Notes: generated by a model from the sequence alone, not told the origin. Numbered from the stretch's first letter, positions 9,178-19,185 are shown. The stretch is 64,000 bases of DNA from an uncultured virus (IMG/VR IMGVR_UViG_3300028832_000125) (IMGVR_UViG_3300028832_000125); one strand, 5' to 3'. Numbers and translations: made by a program.

Positions 9178-9603
9178 ATGTCAAAAGTTACTATTGAATT
9201 GTCAGAGTACAATGACCTCAGAGACCGCTACAAAGAGAAGTGCGCCAGGGTCAAGGAACTCGAAGGTGAGATTGACAGCATGAAGCAGGCACAGGCTTCA
9301 CAGATTGAAGACCTCCAGAAAGAGGGTAAGGTCGCAGTCATGGTGAAGAAGTTCAACTTCTTTGACTTCGGAAGCAAGCCTGTTCTGGAGAGTGTTGCCA
9401 ACCTTGATGATGTCAAGGAAGAGGTAAAGGACTATTTCTTGAATGATGAGAAGGTCAAGTTGCTTGACAAGGAGTTTGAAAAACTCAAAGAGACCGTCCA
9501 GAAGCCTCTGGAAGACCTGTCACAGGAGAATGAGAAGTTGAAGGCCGCTCTTGAAGACATCAAATCCCTGCCGTGGTATAAGAGACTGTTTAACAAGTTC
9601 TAA
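9178..9603 (+). CDS. coiled-coil hypothetical protein
   Basis: ORF ending PWYKRLF. Confidence 0.7.
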   Translation: MSKVTIELSEYNDLRDRYKEKCARVKELEGEIDSMKQAQASQIEDLQKEGKVAVMVKKFNFFDFGSKPVLESVANLDDVKEEVKDYFLNDEKVKLLDKEFEKLKETVQKPLEDLSQENEKLKAALEDIKSLPWYKRLFNKF

Positions 9604-9619
9604 CCAAATATCAAAAGTT

Positions 9620-10312
9620 ATGTTAGCAAATATCGTAGATTATCGCCCCGAGACTATCGACTTCGTGTTGACCGAGGCACAGAAAGAAATGTTTAAGGAT
9701 GTTCTGGTCATCTGCAAGGGTGCCAAGTCCAGTAAGGAAGCCATTGCCGTTCTCAATGACAAGTTTAACTGCCTGTTCCCAGAGGGCGAAATGGCTACCC
9801 GTAAGTATGACGCTCACGAAATCCAAGAGATTCGTGAAGAGTACTGTCTGAAACAGGAGAATGAGGCCCCGAAGCGTAAGCAGTATCTGGAAGAGACCTT
9901 GGAGCGCATCAAGGCGATGAAGAAAAACGCCGAAGAGGCTTACAACTCCATCCTGCTCGAAATCTCAGACCTCGCGGCACGCGTGAAGAAGGGAACCACC
10001 GACTTCCAGTTACCTGCCACTGAGACCTGCCGCATCGCCCTCAATGGTCACTTCTGCTTCTTTTCATGGGTGGACGGCCAGATGCAGCTCGTGAAGGTCG
10101 AGCCAATCCCAGACTGGGACAAAAACTCGCTCTGGTCACAAGAGGACTGGAACCGCAAGGCCATGATGGAGGTCTTCGGAATCGAGTTCCCAGAGATTAA
10201 GAAGCCTGTTACTGTCACCGATGATGAGAATCCCGATGACCTGCCGTTTGAGGATGGTGATGATGACACCGACCCAGACGATGATGACAATGACCCCAAT
10301 GACGGGGACTAA
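9620..10312 (+). CDS. hypothetical protein with acidic DDLPF-containing tail
   Basis: ORF; ATG 9620. Confidence 0.75.
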   Translation: MLANIVDYRPETIDFVLTEAQKEMFKDVLVICKGAKSSKEAIAVLNDKFNCLFPEGEMATRKYDAHEIQEIREEYCLKQENEAPKRKQYLEETLERIKAMKKNAEEAYNSILLEISDLAARVKKGTTDFQLPATETCRIALNGHFCFFSWVDGQMQLVKVEPIPDWDKNSLWSQEDWNRKAMMEVFGIEFPEIKKPVTVTDDENPDDLPFEDGDDDTDPDDDDNDPNDGD

Positions 10313-10401
10313 ATGAGACAGGCCGTTGGTGGCACATTCATACGATTAATAAAAACTAAGGCTCACCAACGGCCATCTTTTTCAAGAAAGCACTAAGAGC
10401 A

Positions 10402-11580
10402 ATGAAATATCAATTAAGAGACTATCAGCAGAACGCCAGTAATGCAGCACTGAGGGCATTCAACGCTACGGGTGCAAGGAACGGCTTGCTCATCCTGCCT
10501 ACGGGTGCAGGAAAGAGCCTCGTTATTGCAGACATAGCATCCAAGTTGAACGGCCCGCTGTTGATCCTGCAACCGTCAAAGGAGATTCTGGAACAGAACT
10601 TCGCCAAGTTGCAGAGTTACGGCTGTTGGGACGCTTCCATCTATTCCGCTTCCGTTGGTCGCAAAGACATAAACAGAATCACCTTTGCAACCATCGGCAG
10701 CGTCATGAACCACATGGATGAGTTCATGCACTTCAAGAATGTCATGATAGATGAGTGTCACGGAGTCAACAGCAAGGCAGGGCAGTACAAGGAGTTTATC
10801 GAGGCTACTGAGCGCAGGGTGATAGGTCTTACCGCCACTCCCTACAGACTGGTATCATACAGGGGTGGCAGTATGTTGAAGTTCCTCACCAGAACGAAAC
10901 CGCGCATATTCTCAGATGTCCTGTACTACTGCCAGATTTCCGATTTACTCGGCAAGGGCTATCTGGCAAACCTCAGATACTTCGACTGTACCAAACTCGA
11001 CATGAGCAGGGTGAAGTCAAACTCCACTGGTGCGGACTTCGATGACAAGTCACTCAAAGAAGAGTACAAGCGTATCGGCTTCGGTGACCAGTTGTCATCT
11101 ACTACCATGAGGGTGTTGAAGCCGAAGAGCGGCATACCCAGAAAGGGCGTGTTGGTGTTCACCCGGTTCATCGAAGAGGCCGACACTCTGGCGATGAGGC
11201 TTAGGTCTGTAGGCATCAGAGCGGCCATCGTCACGGGTGATACTCCTAAGAGAGAGCGTGAGGATATTCTGGAAGACTTCAAGGCCGGACGTATAAAGGT
11301 TGTTGCCAATGTCGGGACGCTGACTACAGGCTTCGACTATCCAGAATTAGATACGGTGATACTCGGCAGGCCCACGAAGTCACTGGCCCTGTACTACCAG
11401 ATGGTAGGCCGTGCCATCCGTCCGTGCAAGGGCAAGGATGGTTGGGTAATAGACCTCGGAGGGACATACAAGGTCTTCGGTAACGTGGCCAACCTCAAAA
11501 TAGGTCTGGAACCACTCAGCACCGCAAAGTGGTGCATTTCATCAAACGGAAAGCAATTAACAAACGTAATGTTCAGATAA
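10402..11580 (+). CDS. superfamily 2 DEAD/DEAH helicase
   Basis: PTGAGKS, DECH, TAT and QMVGRAIR motifs. Confidence 0.92.
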   Translation: MKYQLRDYQQNASNAALRAFNATGARNGLLILPTGAGKSLVIADIASKLNGPLLILQPSKEILEQNFAKLQSYGCWDASIYSASVGRKDINRITFATIGSVMNHMDEFMHFKNVMIDECHGVNSKAGQYKEFIEATERRVIGLTATPYRLVSYRGGSMLKFLTRTKPRIFSDVLYYCQISDLLGKGYLANLRYFDCTKLDMSRVKSNSTGADFDDKSLKEEYKRIGFGDQLSSTTMRVLKPKSGIPRKGVLVFTRFIEEADTLAMRLRSVGIRAAIVTGDTPKREREDILEDFKAGRIKVVANVGTLTTGFDYPELDTVILGRPTKSLALYYQMVGRAIRPCKGKDGWVIDLGGTYKVFGNVANLKIGLEPLSTAKWCISSNGKQLTNVMFR

Positions 11581-11582
11581 GT

Positions 11583-12008
11583 ATGAAGAAATTGTATCGC
11601 AAAACCTTCATGTCATGGGACAATGAAGAGAATTACAGGACGGGCAAGACCGTCCGCGCCGTGGCACTCTGCGACAGGACAGACAGCCAGGGTTTTTTCT
11701 ATGCAGCCATCAACTGTATGCGTGACGGCAGCATGGGTGAGAAGGGAGAGGATGGAGTCTATAGCCGTATCTGGTGGGGTGACTACATCGAGAACGGTGA
11801 TGTCCAGAATCTGAGGTACGCCACCATCGAAGAGGTGGAGTTGTATCTGAAACACTGTCCTCTGGAGAATGAGGAAAAGGATTTGGGTGAGAAAATCGTC
11901 TGCATCATCTATGACAATGAGCGTACAGTGGCCATCGTCCAGAGAAAGGGCCGTTCGCTCTTCCAGAGAATCCGTGATTTCTTTGTCAAAGAAAAACTCC
12001 CGTTCTAA
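11583..12008 (+). CDS. hypothetical protein
   Basis: Packed ORF. Confidence 0.65.
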   Translation: MKKLYRKTFMSWDNEENYRTGKTVRAVALCDRTDSQGFFYAAINCMRDGSMGEKGEDGVYSRIWWGDYIENGDVQNLRYATIEEVELYLKHCPLENEEKDLGEKIVCIIYDNERTVAIVQRKGRSLFQRIRDFFVKEKLPF

Positions 12009-12012
12009 GCGT

Positions 12013-12384
12013 ATGAAGGTGTATATATCCGGCCCCATCAGTGGCCATGACTACGAAGAGAGAAAGAAGGAGTTCAAGAGAGTCCAGGAAATGCTCGAGG
12101 CCAACGGTTTCGAGACCTTCAATCCTATGGAAAACGGACTGCCGAAGGATGCCACCACTCAGCAGCACATGAAAGCAGACCTAAAGGCACTGCTCGACTG
12201 TGACGCTATCTACATGATGAGGAAGTGGAACCACACGGCAGGCTGTTGGACTGAGTTCAGCAACGCTACCGCCATCGGTCTGGAGTTCATGTTTGAGAAG
12301 TACGAGGCCGTGCCACTGGCATACTTCGTACCCGCCAATCCCAACTGTCCCGGCAAGGTCGCGGAAACAATCAAATTCGTGTAG
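12013..12384 (+). CDS. DUF4406 / nucleoside deoxyribosyltransferase-like protein
   Basis: KVYISGPISG...CDAIYM..W..TAGC..E. Confidence 0.8.
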   Translation: MKVYISGPISGHDYEERKKEFKRVQEMLEANGFETFNPMENGLPKDATTQQHMKADLKALLDCDAIYMMRKWNHTAGCWTEFSNATAIGLEFMFEKYEAVPLAYFVPANPNCPGKVAETIKFV

Positions 12385-12385
12385 T

Positions 12386-13201
12386 ATGCCGTCACAGGAG
12401 AGTATAGAGAAGTACGAGCGTCTTCTAAAGCGCCACCTCACTGAGAAAGAGTTGAAGAAACTCGATGAGGCAGAGCACTGGGGCGAAGAGGTGCGCATCC
12501 AGTTCATCCTCATACACAGGCTGAACCACTATATGTTTGATACCGTCCTCAGAGTCTTCGATGAAATGGATAAGCGGAAATTGTGCAAACACATGGCCAA
12601 ACGCTACTATGGTCTGTTGTCGAAGATATGGGATAGGTATCAAGACAGGATGAGGTCTGGAACCGATAAGGCGGTCTATTACATGATGATGGATAATTTC
12701 AGACTGGCCACCGATGCAGTGAGACCGTACATCGATGCCGTAGTCACCGCCACCAGAGACTACCTCATCAGTCTCGGCATCCGTGATTCCCTCTGGATTG
12801 CAGAGGCAGAAGTGGCAAGGCTTGTGATTTTCGTTGTCACCAACAGTTACGAAAAGTATTTCGAGGACTGGAAGAAAGAGTGTGGCATTGACTTTTCCTG
12901 TGATTTTGAATATGCCGACATGCACGAATACGCTGCCATCTACAGGCAGTACAGGGGGGGGCTGAAACTTGATGTCGATATAGACATCATGCGTAACAAC
13001 CGCTGCAGGTCTGCATGGAACCGTATGATGGATGCCTTCCGTGATGATGAGTTGATGGATAAGGTGGCAGAGCATGCCATACACCTAAACCCGGTCATTG
13101 AGGAAAGGTATCACGAAGAGTTGGAAAAAATCGAGCAGGAGAGAAAGGATGAAATGTTTGTCGGCCTGGCCGATAAGTTCAAGGTGTCAAAATTGAAATG
13201 A
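12386..13201 (+). CDS. hypothetical protein
   Basis: Packed ORF. Confidence 0.7.
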   Translation: MPSQESIEKYERLLKRHLTEKELKKLDEAEHWGEEVRIQFILIHRLNHYMFDTVLRVFDEMDKRKLCKHMAKRYYGLLSKIWDRYQDRMRSGTDKAVYYMMMDNFRLATDAVRPYIDAVVTATRDYLISLGIRDSLWIAEAEVARLVIFVVTNSYEKYFEDWKKECGIDFSCDFEYADMHEYAAIYRQYRGGLKLDVDIDIMRNNRCRSAWNRMMDAFRDDELMDKVAEHAIHLNPVIEERYHEELEKIEQERKDEMFVGLADKFKVSKLK

Positions 13202-13202
13202 T

Positions 13203-13685
13203 ATGTTACCATACTGGAAGAAATCAAAGAAAACGCCGAAGGATAAGGTGGCACTGCCCGCCTCATCCCCAAAGAAGCGCAAGCCGAATCTGGTCAAGAA
13301 ACTGGATAGGGTGTTTGCCCTGTATATCAGACTGAGGGACGCGATGCCGAGCGGGTATGTCCGCTGTATCGCCTGTGGAAGGATAAAGCCCTTTGAAGAG
13401 GTCGATTGCGGCCACTTCCACGGGCGTATGAACATGGCCACCAGATACGATGAGGATAACTGTCATGCAGAGTGCCACTACTGTAACCGCATGAGTGCCG
13501 ACCACCTCATAAAGTACCGCGAGAACCTAATCAAGAAGATTGGCCAGAAGAAAGTCGAATGGCTCAACGTCAAGGCTCATTCCACGAAACACTTTCTTGA
13601 CAGCGAACTGGAGTCCATGATTGAGCACTACACCAGAGAGGCAAAGAGGCTGAGTACGCTCAAAGGTATCAAGGTAAATCTATAA
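13203..13685 (+). CDS. ninG: NinG/Rap-like recombination endonuclease
   Basis: YIRLRD, CIACG, DCGHF, NCHAEC..CN motifs. Confidence 0.85.
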   Translation: MLPYWKKSKKTPKDKVALPASSPKKRKPNLVKKLDRVFALYIRLRDAMPSGYVRCIACGRIKPFEEVDCGHFHGRMNMATRYDEDNCHAECHYCNRMSADHLIKYRENLIKKIGQKKVEWLNVKAHSTKHFLDSELESMIEHYTREAKRLSTLKGIKVNL

Positions 13686-13710
13686 AGAGAGTTAATTATG
13701 GCAACTTTTT

Positions 13711-13752
13711 GGCTAAATATATTTGTTATTCAAATAATTTTAACTACTTTTG
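13711..13752 (+). promoter_or_regulatory. class B promoter with TATTTG-N5-CAAATA palindrome
   Basis: TATTTGTTATTCAAATA at 13720; -7 box TACTTTTG at 13745. Confidence 0.75.
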
Positions 13753-13875
13753 TAGCCAGAAAGCAATCTGAAACGTGGAACTTTCAGACAACAGAATACT
13801 GCCCTATTCAGTATCACTCCAGTTCCACCTGTGCAAACAGCGGAGTGAGAACGATAGGGCAACTTTTTAGAAGAT

Positions 13876-14577
13876 ATGTCAGACGGATGGGTTAAGATAC
13901 ATCGGAAATTCCTTGATTGGGAATGGTACGACAAATCGGAAATGGTGCACCTGTTTCTCCATTTGTTGCTGAACGCCTGCACCTCAGACAGGCGATGGCA
14001 AGGCATACCTATCAGAAGAGGTCAGGTAATCACTGGCCGCAGGAAAATCAGCGAGGCTACTGGCCTCAGCGAACAGAAGATAAGAACCTGCATGCAAAGG
14101 TTGATTGAATCTGGCGAAATTGAGGTGGAACCAACCAACAAGTTTTCTATAGTAACTATCTGTAAATACGAAAGTTACCAAGACTGCCAAAATGAAAGTA
14201 ACCAACAAACAACCAATGAGGAACCAACGGCAAGCCCTACGGAGCCCATAAAGCCTAAGAAGACCAAAGAGGAAATAAAGGCAGAGACTGACAGACGCAT
14301 GAAGGAGTTCTATAACTCCCTTATCCCATACGTTCAGACTTACGGCAAGGAAATGGTGAGGGAGTTCTATGACTACTGGAGTGAGGTGAATAAGTCCGGC
14401 AGTAAGATGAAGTGGGAGCAGGAGCCTACATGGGTACTGGATAAGAGACTGGCCAGATGGTCAAGACACGATAAAAAGTATAAGAGCAATGATACAGACG
14501 GTAGCAGAAATTCTACAGCAGAAACAAGAGCACAGGACGCAGCAAGCGTCATTGCCAGCCTTGCGGCAGAAGAGTAA
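13876..14577 (+). CDS. phage replication initiator (N-terminal wHTH)
   Basis: GWVKIHRKFLDWEWY...RGQVITGRRKIS; C-terminal FYDYWSE domain. Confidence 0.8.
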   Translation: MSDGWVKIHRKFLDWEWYDKSEMVHLFLHLLLNACTSDRRWQGIPIRRGQVITGRRKISEATGLSEQKIRTCMQRLIESGEIEVEPTNKFSIVTICKYESYQDCQNESNQQTTNEEPTASPTEPIKPKKTKEEIKAETDRRMKEFYNSLIPYVQTYGKEMVREFYDYWSEVNKSGSKMKWEQEPTWVLDKRLARWSRHDKKYKSNDTDGSRNSTAETRAQDAASVIASLAAEE

Positions 14578-15316
14578 GGAACTTGTTGCCACCTACGGCA
14601 ACAGAGAAAGTTTCCTCACCACGTTCAATCCAGACGTGCAGCGTGAGATATGCGGCAATACAGATGTCTGTTTCTTCGGTGGTGCTCCTACCCTCTCCCT
14701 TCTGAATAACACCTATGGCGAGAAGACTGCTGCCATGTGGCTCGTTCCTCAACTCTATAACCTCTCTGAATATTGCGGATGCCGTGACAAACTCAGTGCG
14801 AACCAGTTGAAGGAGTGTGCCAGTGTGATAGCCTCAGAGTTCCATTTCCTGTCGGTGACAGAGTTGATGCTTTTCTTCCATCGGTTCAAGGCAGCGAGGT
14901 ACGGACGTTTCTACGGAACCGTTGACCCGCTCATCATCACTGAGAGCCTGCGTAAGTTCCTAGGTGAGCGTATCGCTGAGTATGACAGACATGACAAAGA
15001 GGAAAAGGAGCGCAGGGAGGCAGAGGAAGCCAAGACCGCCATCAGTTGGGAAGAGTTCAGCATGAGGGAGTACGGCGAGGTACGGCCTCATCCTCTCAGC
15101 CGGAAGATAGAGAGACCAGATGACGGCATTTCTGAGGAACAGAGAAAGAAGTATGATGAGGAACGTCAGAAAATGATGATAAGAACTGCCAAGTTTGCAA
15201 AGTCCATCATTACGGACACACTGACAGATGATGACACAAAGGCCATCTTCGCCAGACAGTTCAAGCGGCACTGGGGAATGACACCACAGGAGTTTTTAGA
15301 CAAGTACGACAAATAA
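14489..15316 (+). CDS. replication-associated protein, putative helicase loader
   Basis: Follows the initiator; ELMLFFHRFKAARYGRFYG motif. Confidence 0.6.
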   Translation: MIQTVAEILQQKQEHRTQQASLPALRQKSKELVATYGNRESFLTTFNPDVQREICGNTDVCFFGGAPTLSLLNNTYGEKTAAMWLVPQLYNLSEYCGCRDKLSANQLKECASVIASEFHFLSVTELMLFFHRFKAARYGRFYGTVDPLIITESLRKFLGERIAEYDRHDKEEKERREAEEAKTAISWEEFSMREYGEVRPHPLSRKIERPDDGISEEQRKKYDEERQKMMIRTAKFAKSIITDTLTDDDTKAIFARQFKRHWGMTPQEFLDKYDK

Positions 15317-15326
15317 TATAAGAGCA

Positions 15327-15596
15327 ATGAAACCAGAGAAGAAACGATTACCGATGACCCTGCAAGACAAAGTTGAGTGGTACAAGGCCATCTACCAGAA
15401 ACAGGGCAGGAAGCCCGACACTGGCACGGTCTTCATGGATGCCTATATGCAGGCCATGGATGACGTACAGGCAGCGTTGAACTGGCGTGATGAGGGCAAG
15501 TCAGGCACATACTACTCAGACATCATCCAGAAAGTCCAGAGTCTCGTTGTCGAGCGGAACCGTCAGAATAAAGCATGGAGGGAGCAGCATGGATAG
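15327..15596 (+). CDS. hypothetical protein
   Basis: AAGAGCA-ATG start. Confidence 0.65.
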   Translation: MKPEKKRLPMTLQDKVEWYKAIYQKQGRKPDTGTVFMDAYMQAMDDVQAALNWRDEGKSGTYYSDIIQKVQSLVVERNRQNKAWREQHG

Positions 15597-16344
15597 GATA
15601 GAGTTGTTCAATGACCATTTCCAGAACTTCAAGCCGTACCAGATACCGAAGGCCCAGTTGATAATCGCCGACCCGCCGTATAATCTGGGAAAGAACGCCT
15701 ATGCGTCTAACCCGAGTTGGTATGTTGACGGTGACAATAAGAACGGTGAGAGCGAGTTGGCGGGCAAGCAGTTCTTTGATACTGATGCCAACTTCAAGCC
15801 TGCCGAGTTCATGCACTTCTGTTCCCAGATGCTTGTCAAGGAGCCGAAGGAAAACGGCAAGGCACCGTGCATGGTGCTCTTCTGCGGGTTCGAGCAGCAG
15901 TTCTATTACATTGACCTCGCAAAGCGGTACGGGCTGAATCACTACATCAACCTGGTATTCCGTAAGAACTACAGCGCACAGGTGCTGAAAGCGAACATGA
16001 GGGTAGTCGGCAACTGCGAATACGGGCTGATCCTGTACAGGGAGAAACTACCGAAGTTCAATAATGACGGTTCGATGGTGTTCAACTGCATGGAGTTCCC
16101 CAGAGAGACGCACTACCCGAAAATCCATCCGACACAGAAGCCAGTGGCCCTGTTGGAAAGACTGATAAGGCTGTTCACAGACAGGAACGAAGTTGTCATA
16201 GACCCGTGCGCGGGCAGCGGCTCTACGCTCCTGGCAGCGGCCAACCTCGACCGTAGGGCATACGGTTTCGAGATAAAGAAGGAGTTTTATAAGGAGGCAA
16301 AGGATTTCATCAAGAAATATGCGCATCCTAACCTGTTTACATAA
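15589..16344 (+). CDS. DNA N6-adenine/N4-cytosine methyltransferase (beta class)
   Basis: DPPY, HPTQKP, DPCAGSGST. Confidence 0.92.
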   Translation: MDRIELFNDHFQNFKPYQIPKAQLIIADPPYNLGKNAYASNPSWYVDGDNKNGESELAGKQFFDTDANFKPAEFMHFCSQMLVKEPKENGKAPCMVLFCGFEQQFYYIDLAKRYGLNHYINLVFRKNYSAQVLKANMRVVGNCEYGLILYREKLPKFNNDGSMVFNCMEFPRETHYPKIHPTQKPVALLERLIRLFTDRNEVVIDPCAGSGSTLLAAANLDRRAYGFEIKKEFYKEAKDFIKKYAHPNLFT

Positions 16345-16362
16345 CAATTAAATATTAAAATT

Positions 16363-16563
16363 ATGCAGCAAACTGAATTAACGAAAGAAGCAATCCACAA
16401 GATGGTGGAAATGCTCGAGGCTACTGCGAACATCGCACGTAGCAGTCATGAGGCCGCGAAGGCCAGTCTCTCACAGGAACAGATTGCCCGTTACGAGCAT
16501 CTTTCCCTCTCCGTCTGCTTCGCACTGTTGGAAGCATCCGAGTTAGACAGCATGGTTCCCTAA
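16363..16563 (+). CDS. hypothetical protein
   Basis: ORF after AT-rich leader. Confidence 0.55.
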   Translation: MQQTELTKEAIHKMVEMLEATANIARSSHEAAKASLSQEQIARYEHLSLSVCFALLEASELDSMVP

Positions 16564-16575
16564 AGTCACGCTACT

Positions 16576-16929
16576 ATGGCACTTGGTGACATGAGACACA
16601 GGGAACGGTATGACAGTTCATCGGATGGCGGTGGAATCCGCTTTCCCAGACTGAACATCAGAATCGGCAAGTATGGCAGGGTTCTGTTCATCCTACTGCT
16701 GATTGTACTGCTTTTCGTATTCTGGCCATTCGGCTCAAAGAAATCGTTCAAGACCGTCACCTGCATCAAGGATGACGGCCACGTTATCCTCTTAGAGGAA
16801 GTGAACGGTGTGGAAGGGATTATAGAAGACCCAGAGTGTCCGAAATGCAGGGAAATGAGGGAACAGGAGTTTTCCCGGCTACTCAAAGAGGCTTTAGACA
16901 CATTAACTTTCAAAATAGTAGATGAATAA
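16576..16929 (+). CDS. membrane-anchored hypothetical protein
   Basis: Single TM segment, CxxC. Confidence 0.6.
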   Translation: MALGDMRHRERYDSSSDGGGIRFPRLNIRIGKYGRVLFILLLIVLLFVFWPFGSKKSFKTVTCIKDDGHVILLEEVNGVEGIIEDPECPKCREMREQEFSRLLKEALDTLTFKIVDE

Positions 16930-17611
16930 TATGAATACGAATCAAGAGTTGAAGATGCAACTGCTCGATAAGTATGCAGATGCAAGTGACAAGCAGAGTA
17001 TCGACTTCATCCGTGAAGCGTACAAGTTCCTAACTGAGGGTGAGACTGAGATACCCAGAATACCGCTGAGTGGTGGTAAGAAGAAAGATGGTATCTACGT
17101 CATCCTAAAGAGCGGTGGCTATGAGTTGTGGGATAAGGAGGCAGAGTACAACCATGACAGCATAGCATACATCGGCCTCATCCATGAGGGCCACCCGTTC
17201 GCCGTTGCTCTGGAAGACCTCGGAAGTTACCAGTTATTGAGGGATGGCGTAAAGTGCCCGAAGGAAAGCGAGTTCTATCATCCCAGAGAGTGCGATGCAC
17301 TGTATGACTGGGAGTGTATCGAGAAGACAAAGCATATCCAGAGCCTCGGCACGGATATTCCTCTGAAAGATGGCGAGTGCATCCCGGCACTGCCTATGGT
17401 GGTTGCCATGTGCTATTGGGCTGACAAGGGCCTCAACGATGCTCTGGAATCCGTAGGCGGCAAGCCGTTTGATATGTCAGAATACTACTGGTCAGTTACT
17501 GAGGGCTTCAGCATCTACGCGTGGTACGTGGTCTTCAATGATGGTAACGTCTACAACTACGTCAAGTACAACAGTGTCGTTGTTCGGCCAGTGGCAGCAT
17601 TTAACCTCTAA
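16922..17611 (+). CDS. C-type-lectin-fold (DUF1566-like) protein, putative DGR target
   Basis: C-terminal YYWSVTE...AWYV.F..G......K......VRPVAAF; hairpin at 17624-17647. Confidence 0.75.
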   Translation: MNNMNTNQELKMQLLDKYADASDKQSIDFIREAYKFLTEGETEIPRIPLSGGKKKDGIYVILKSGGYELWDKEAEYNHDSIAYIGLIHEGHPFAVALEDLGSYQLLRDGVKCPKESEFYHPRECDALYDWECIEKTKHIQSLGTDIPLKDGECIPALPMVVAMCYWADKGLNDALESVGGKPFDMSEYYWSVTEGFSIYAWYVVFNDGNVYNYVKYNSVVVRPVAAFNL

Positions 17612-17662
17612 CCTCTTACCTCTGGTGGCCTGTTTCAACAGGTCACCATTCCCAACTGAGAC

Positions 17663-17863
17663 ATGAAGGAGTTAAGGAACCAGATAGAGAAAATGATTGG
17701 TCACGTCCAGACCGCCAAGAGCGAGTTGGAGCGTATGAATATTGGCAAGGCTCATGATGAGTTAGTTGCCGCTCTTGATGTAGAGTTTATGTTGGAGTCG
17801 GATGAAGACACTCCGCAGGCCAACGAAGAGGAAAGTACAGATAAAAGGTTTTCACCGTTTTAG
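17663..17863 (+). CDS. hypothetical protein
   Basis: ORF. Confidence 0.55.
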   Translation: MKELRNQIEKMIGHVQTAKSELERMNIGKAHDELVAALDVEFMLESDEDTPQANEEESTDKRFSPF

Positions 17864-17874
17864 TCATTATTGGT

Positions 17875-18444
17875 ATGGAACTGAATCAAGTAAAATTGCA
17901 GGATTGGGCCAGGCGCATTCACCAGAACGCCTGCGAACACGGGTGGCATGATGAAAAGAAGTCTCACGCCCATTGACTGTGTATGGTCATCACTGAGATT
18001 GCGGAGGCCGTTGAGGCTGACAGGAAAAACAGGCGTTTCACTGAGGAAAGCAAGAGTGAGTACGAACTTCGCCTTGATGCCTGTGACCGCAACAATCAGG
18101 CGCATGTAACAGCCTATGAGTTATGCGTCAAGGGTACTCTGGAAGAAGAGTTTGCCGACATCGTTATCCGTATTCTGGATTACGCCTATGAGGTATATGG
18201 TGACAGTATGGTATGGGCCAGTATGCCGACAAACAAGATAAAGTCGCTGACGTTTACCGAAAGCGCATTCTCACTGATACGCTTCGTGACGGATAAGGAC
18301 TATTCCGTAGTAGGCATAAGCCTGCTTGTCATCTTCATGTACGACTGGGCCGAGACTATGGGTATAGACCTTGATTATCACATCGAGGCAAAGATGAAAT
18401 ACAACGAGTGCAGGCAGTACAGGCACGGCGGTAAGAAGTATTGA
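17875..18444 (+). pseudogene. MazG-like NTP pyrophosphatase interrupted by an in-frame TGA (17974-17976)
   Basis: MELNQ...NACEHGWHDEKKSHAH*LCMVITEIAEAVEADRK...EEFADIVIRILD...KMKYNE.R.YRHGGKKY in a single frame. Confidence 0.75.
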
Positions 18445-18453
18445 AGCCCATTG

Positions 18454-18553
18454 GGTTAAAAAGAGTTGGTGAGGTGAAAAAAGAGTCCTTTTCGTTTTGT
18501 AATTTCAGTAATTTTTTGTAACTTTGCAGTATAGAATTTGAATAAGAGCAATG
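18454..18553 (+). promoter_or_regulatory. class A promoter cassette 1
   Basis: GTTAAA..GAGTT...TTTTG..TTCAG..TTTTTTGTAACTTTGCAGTA...AAGAGCAATG. Confidence 0.8.
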
Positions 18554-18934
18554 AAATCTGAAATTAGTATGATTAAGTCAAGGTACATCTCTATGCGCTC
18601 AGATTGTGGACGTTTCACAATTACGGCCAGACTGGTCTCTGAGCAGAACGGCCCTACCAATGATTACTATGGTAGCCGCAAGATTTATTCCGGCTCACAC
18701 TGGGATATTGTTATGACACAGGATGGTAAGAAAGTCAGTACCATCATGGGAATCCACTACGGCCAATACTGCAATGGCATTTGCCCCAAGGGCATGAAGA
18801 TGAGTAAGAACACTGTCCTTTATGGTGCAGTCCTCATGGGGTGCTTCACCAGAGAACTTAAAGACGTGGACGTTGATAAGGTCAAGAGACAGTGGCACAG
18901 GGAATATGCAATGGCCAGACAGCAGTATGGATGA
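18551..18934 (+). CDS. hypothetical protein
   Basis: First ORF of cassette. Confidence 0.7.
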   Translation: MKSEISMIKSRYISMRSDCGRFTITARLVSEQNGPTNDYYGSRKIYSGSHWDIVMTQDGKKVSTIMGIHYGQYCNGICPKGMKMSKNTVLYGAVLMGCFTRELKDVDVDKVKRQWHREYAMARQQYG

Positions 18935-19185
18935 TATGGGACAGACCAAGCGTAAGAACGTCACCAGAATCCGGCTCACGGGCATCTTCACCGACTGGCA
19001 GGGTAAGATGAGGGAGCGGTGGATGAATGAGACCCTGCTACTCAGAACTGCCAGGAAGGTAGGCGATGAGGAAAATGTCAATAACTACGTCCTGGGCCTG
19101 CTGAACAGAGCGCAAGACACAGGGCAAATCACCTTCGAGAAAGTCAAGTAAGTTACAGAGCAATGAAACCAAAAGAAATTAGAAT

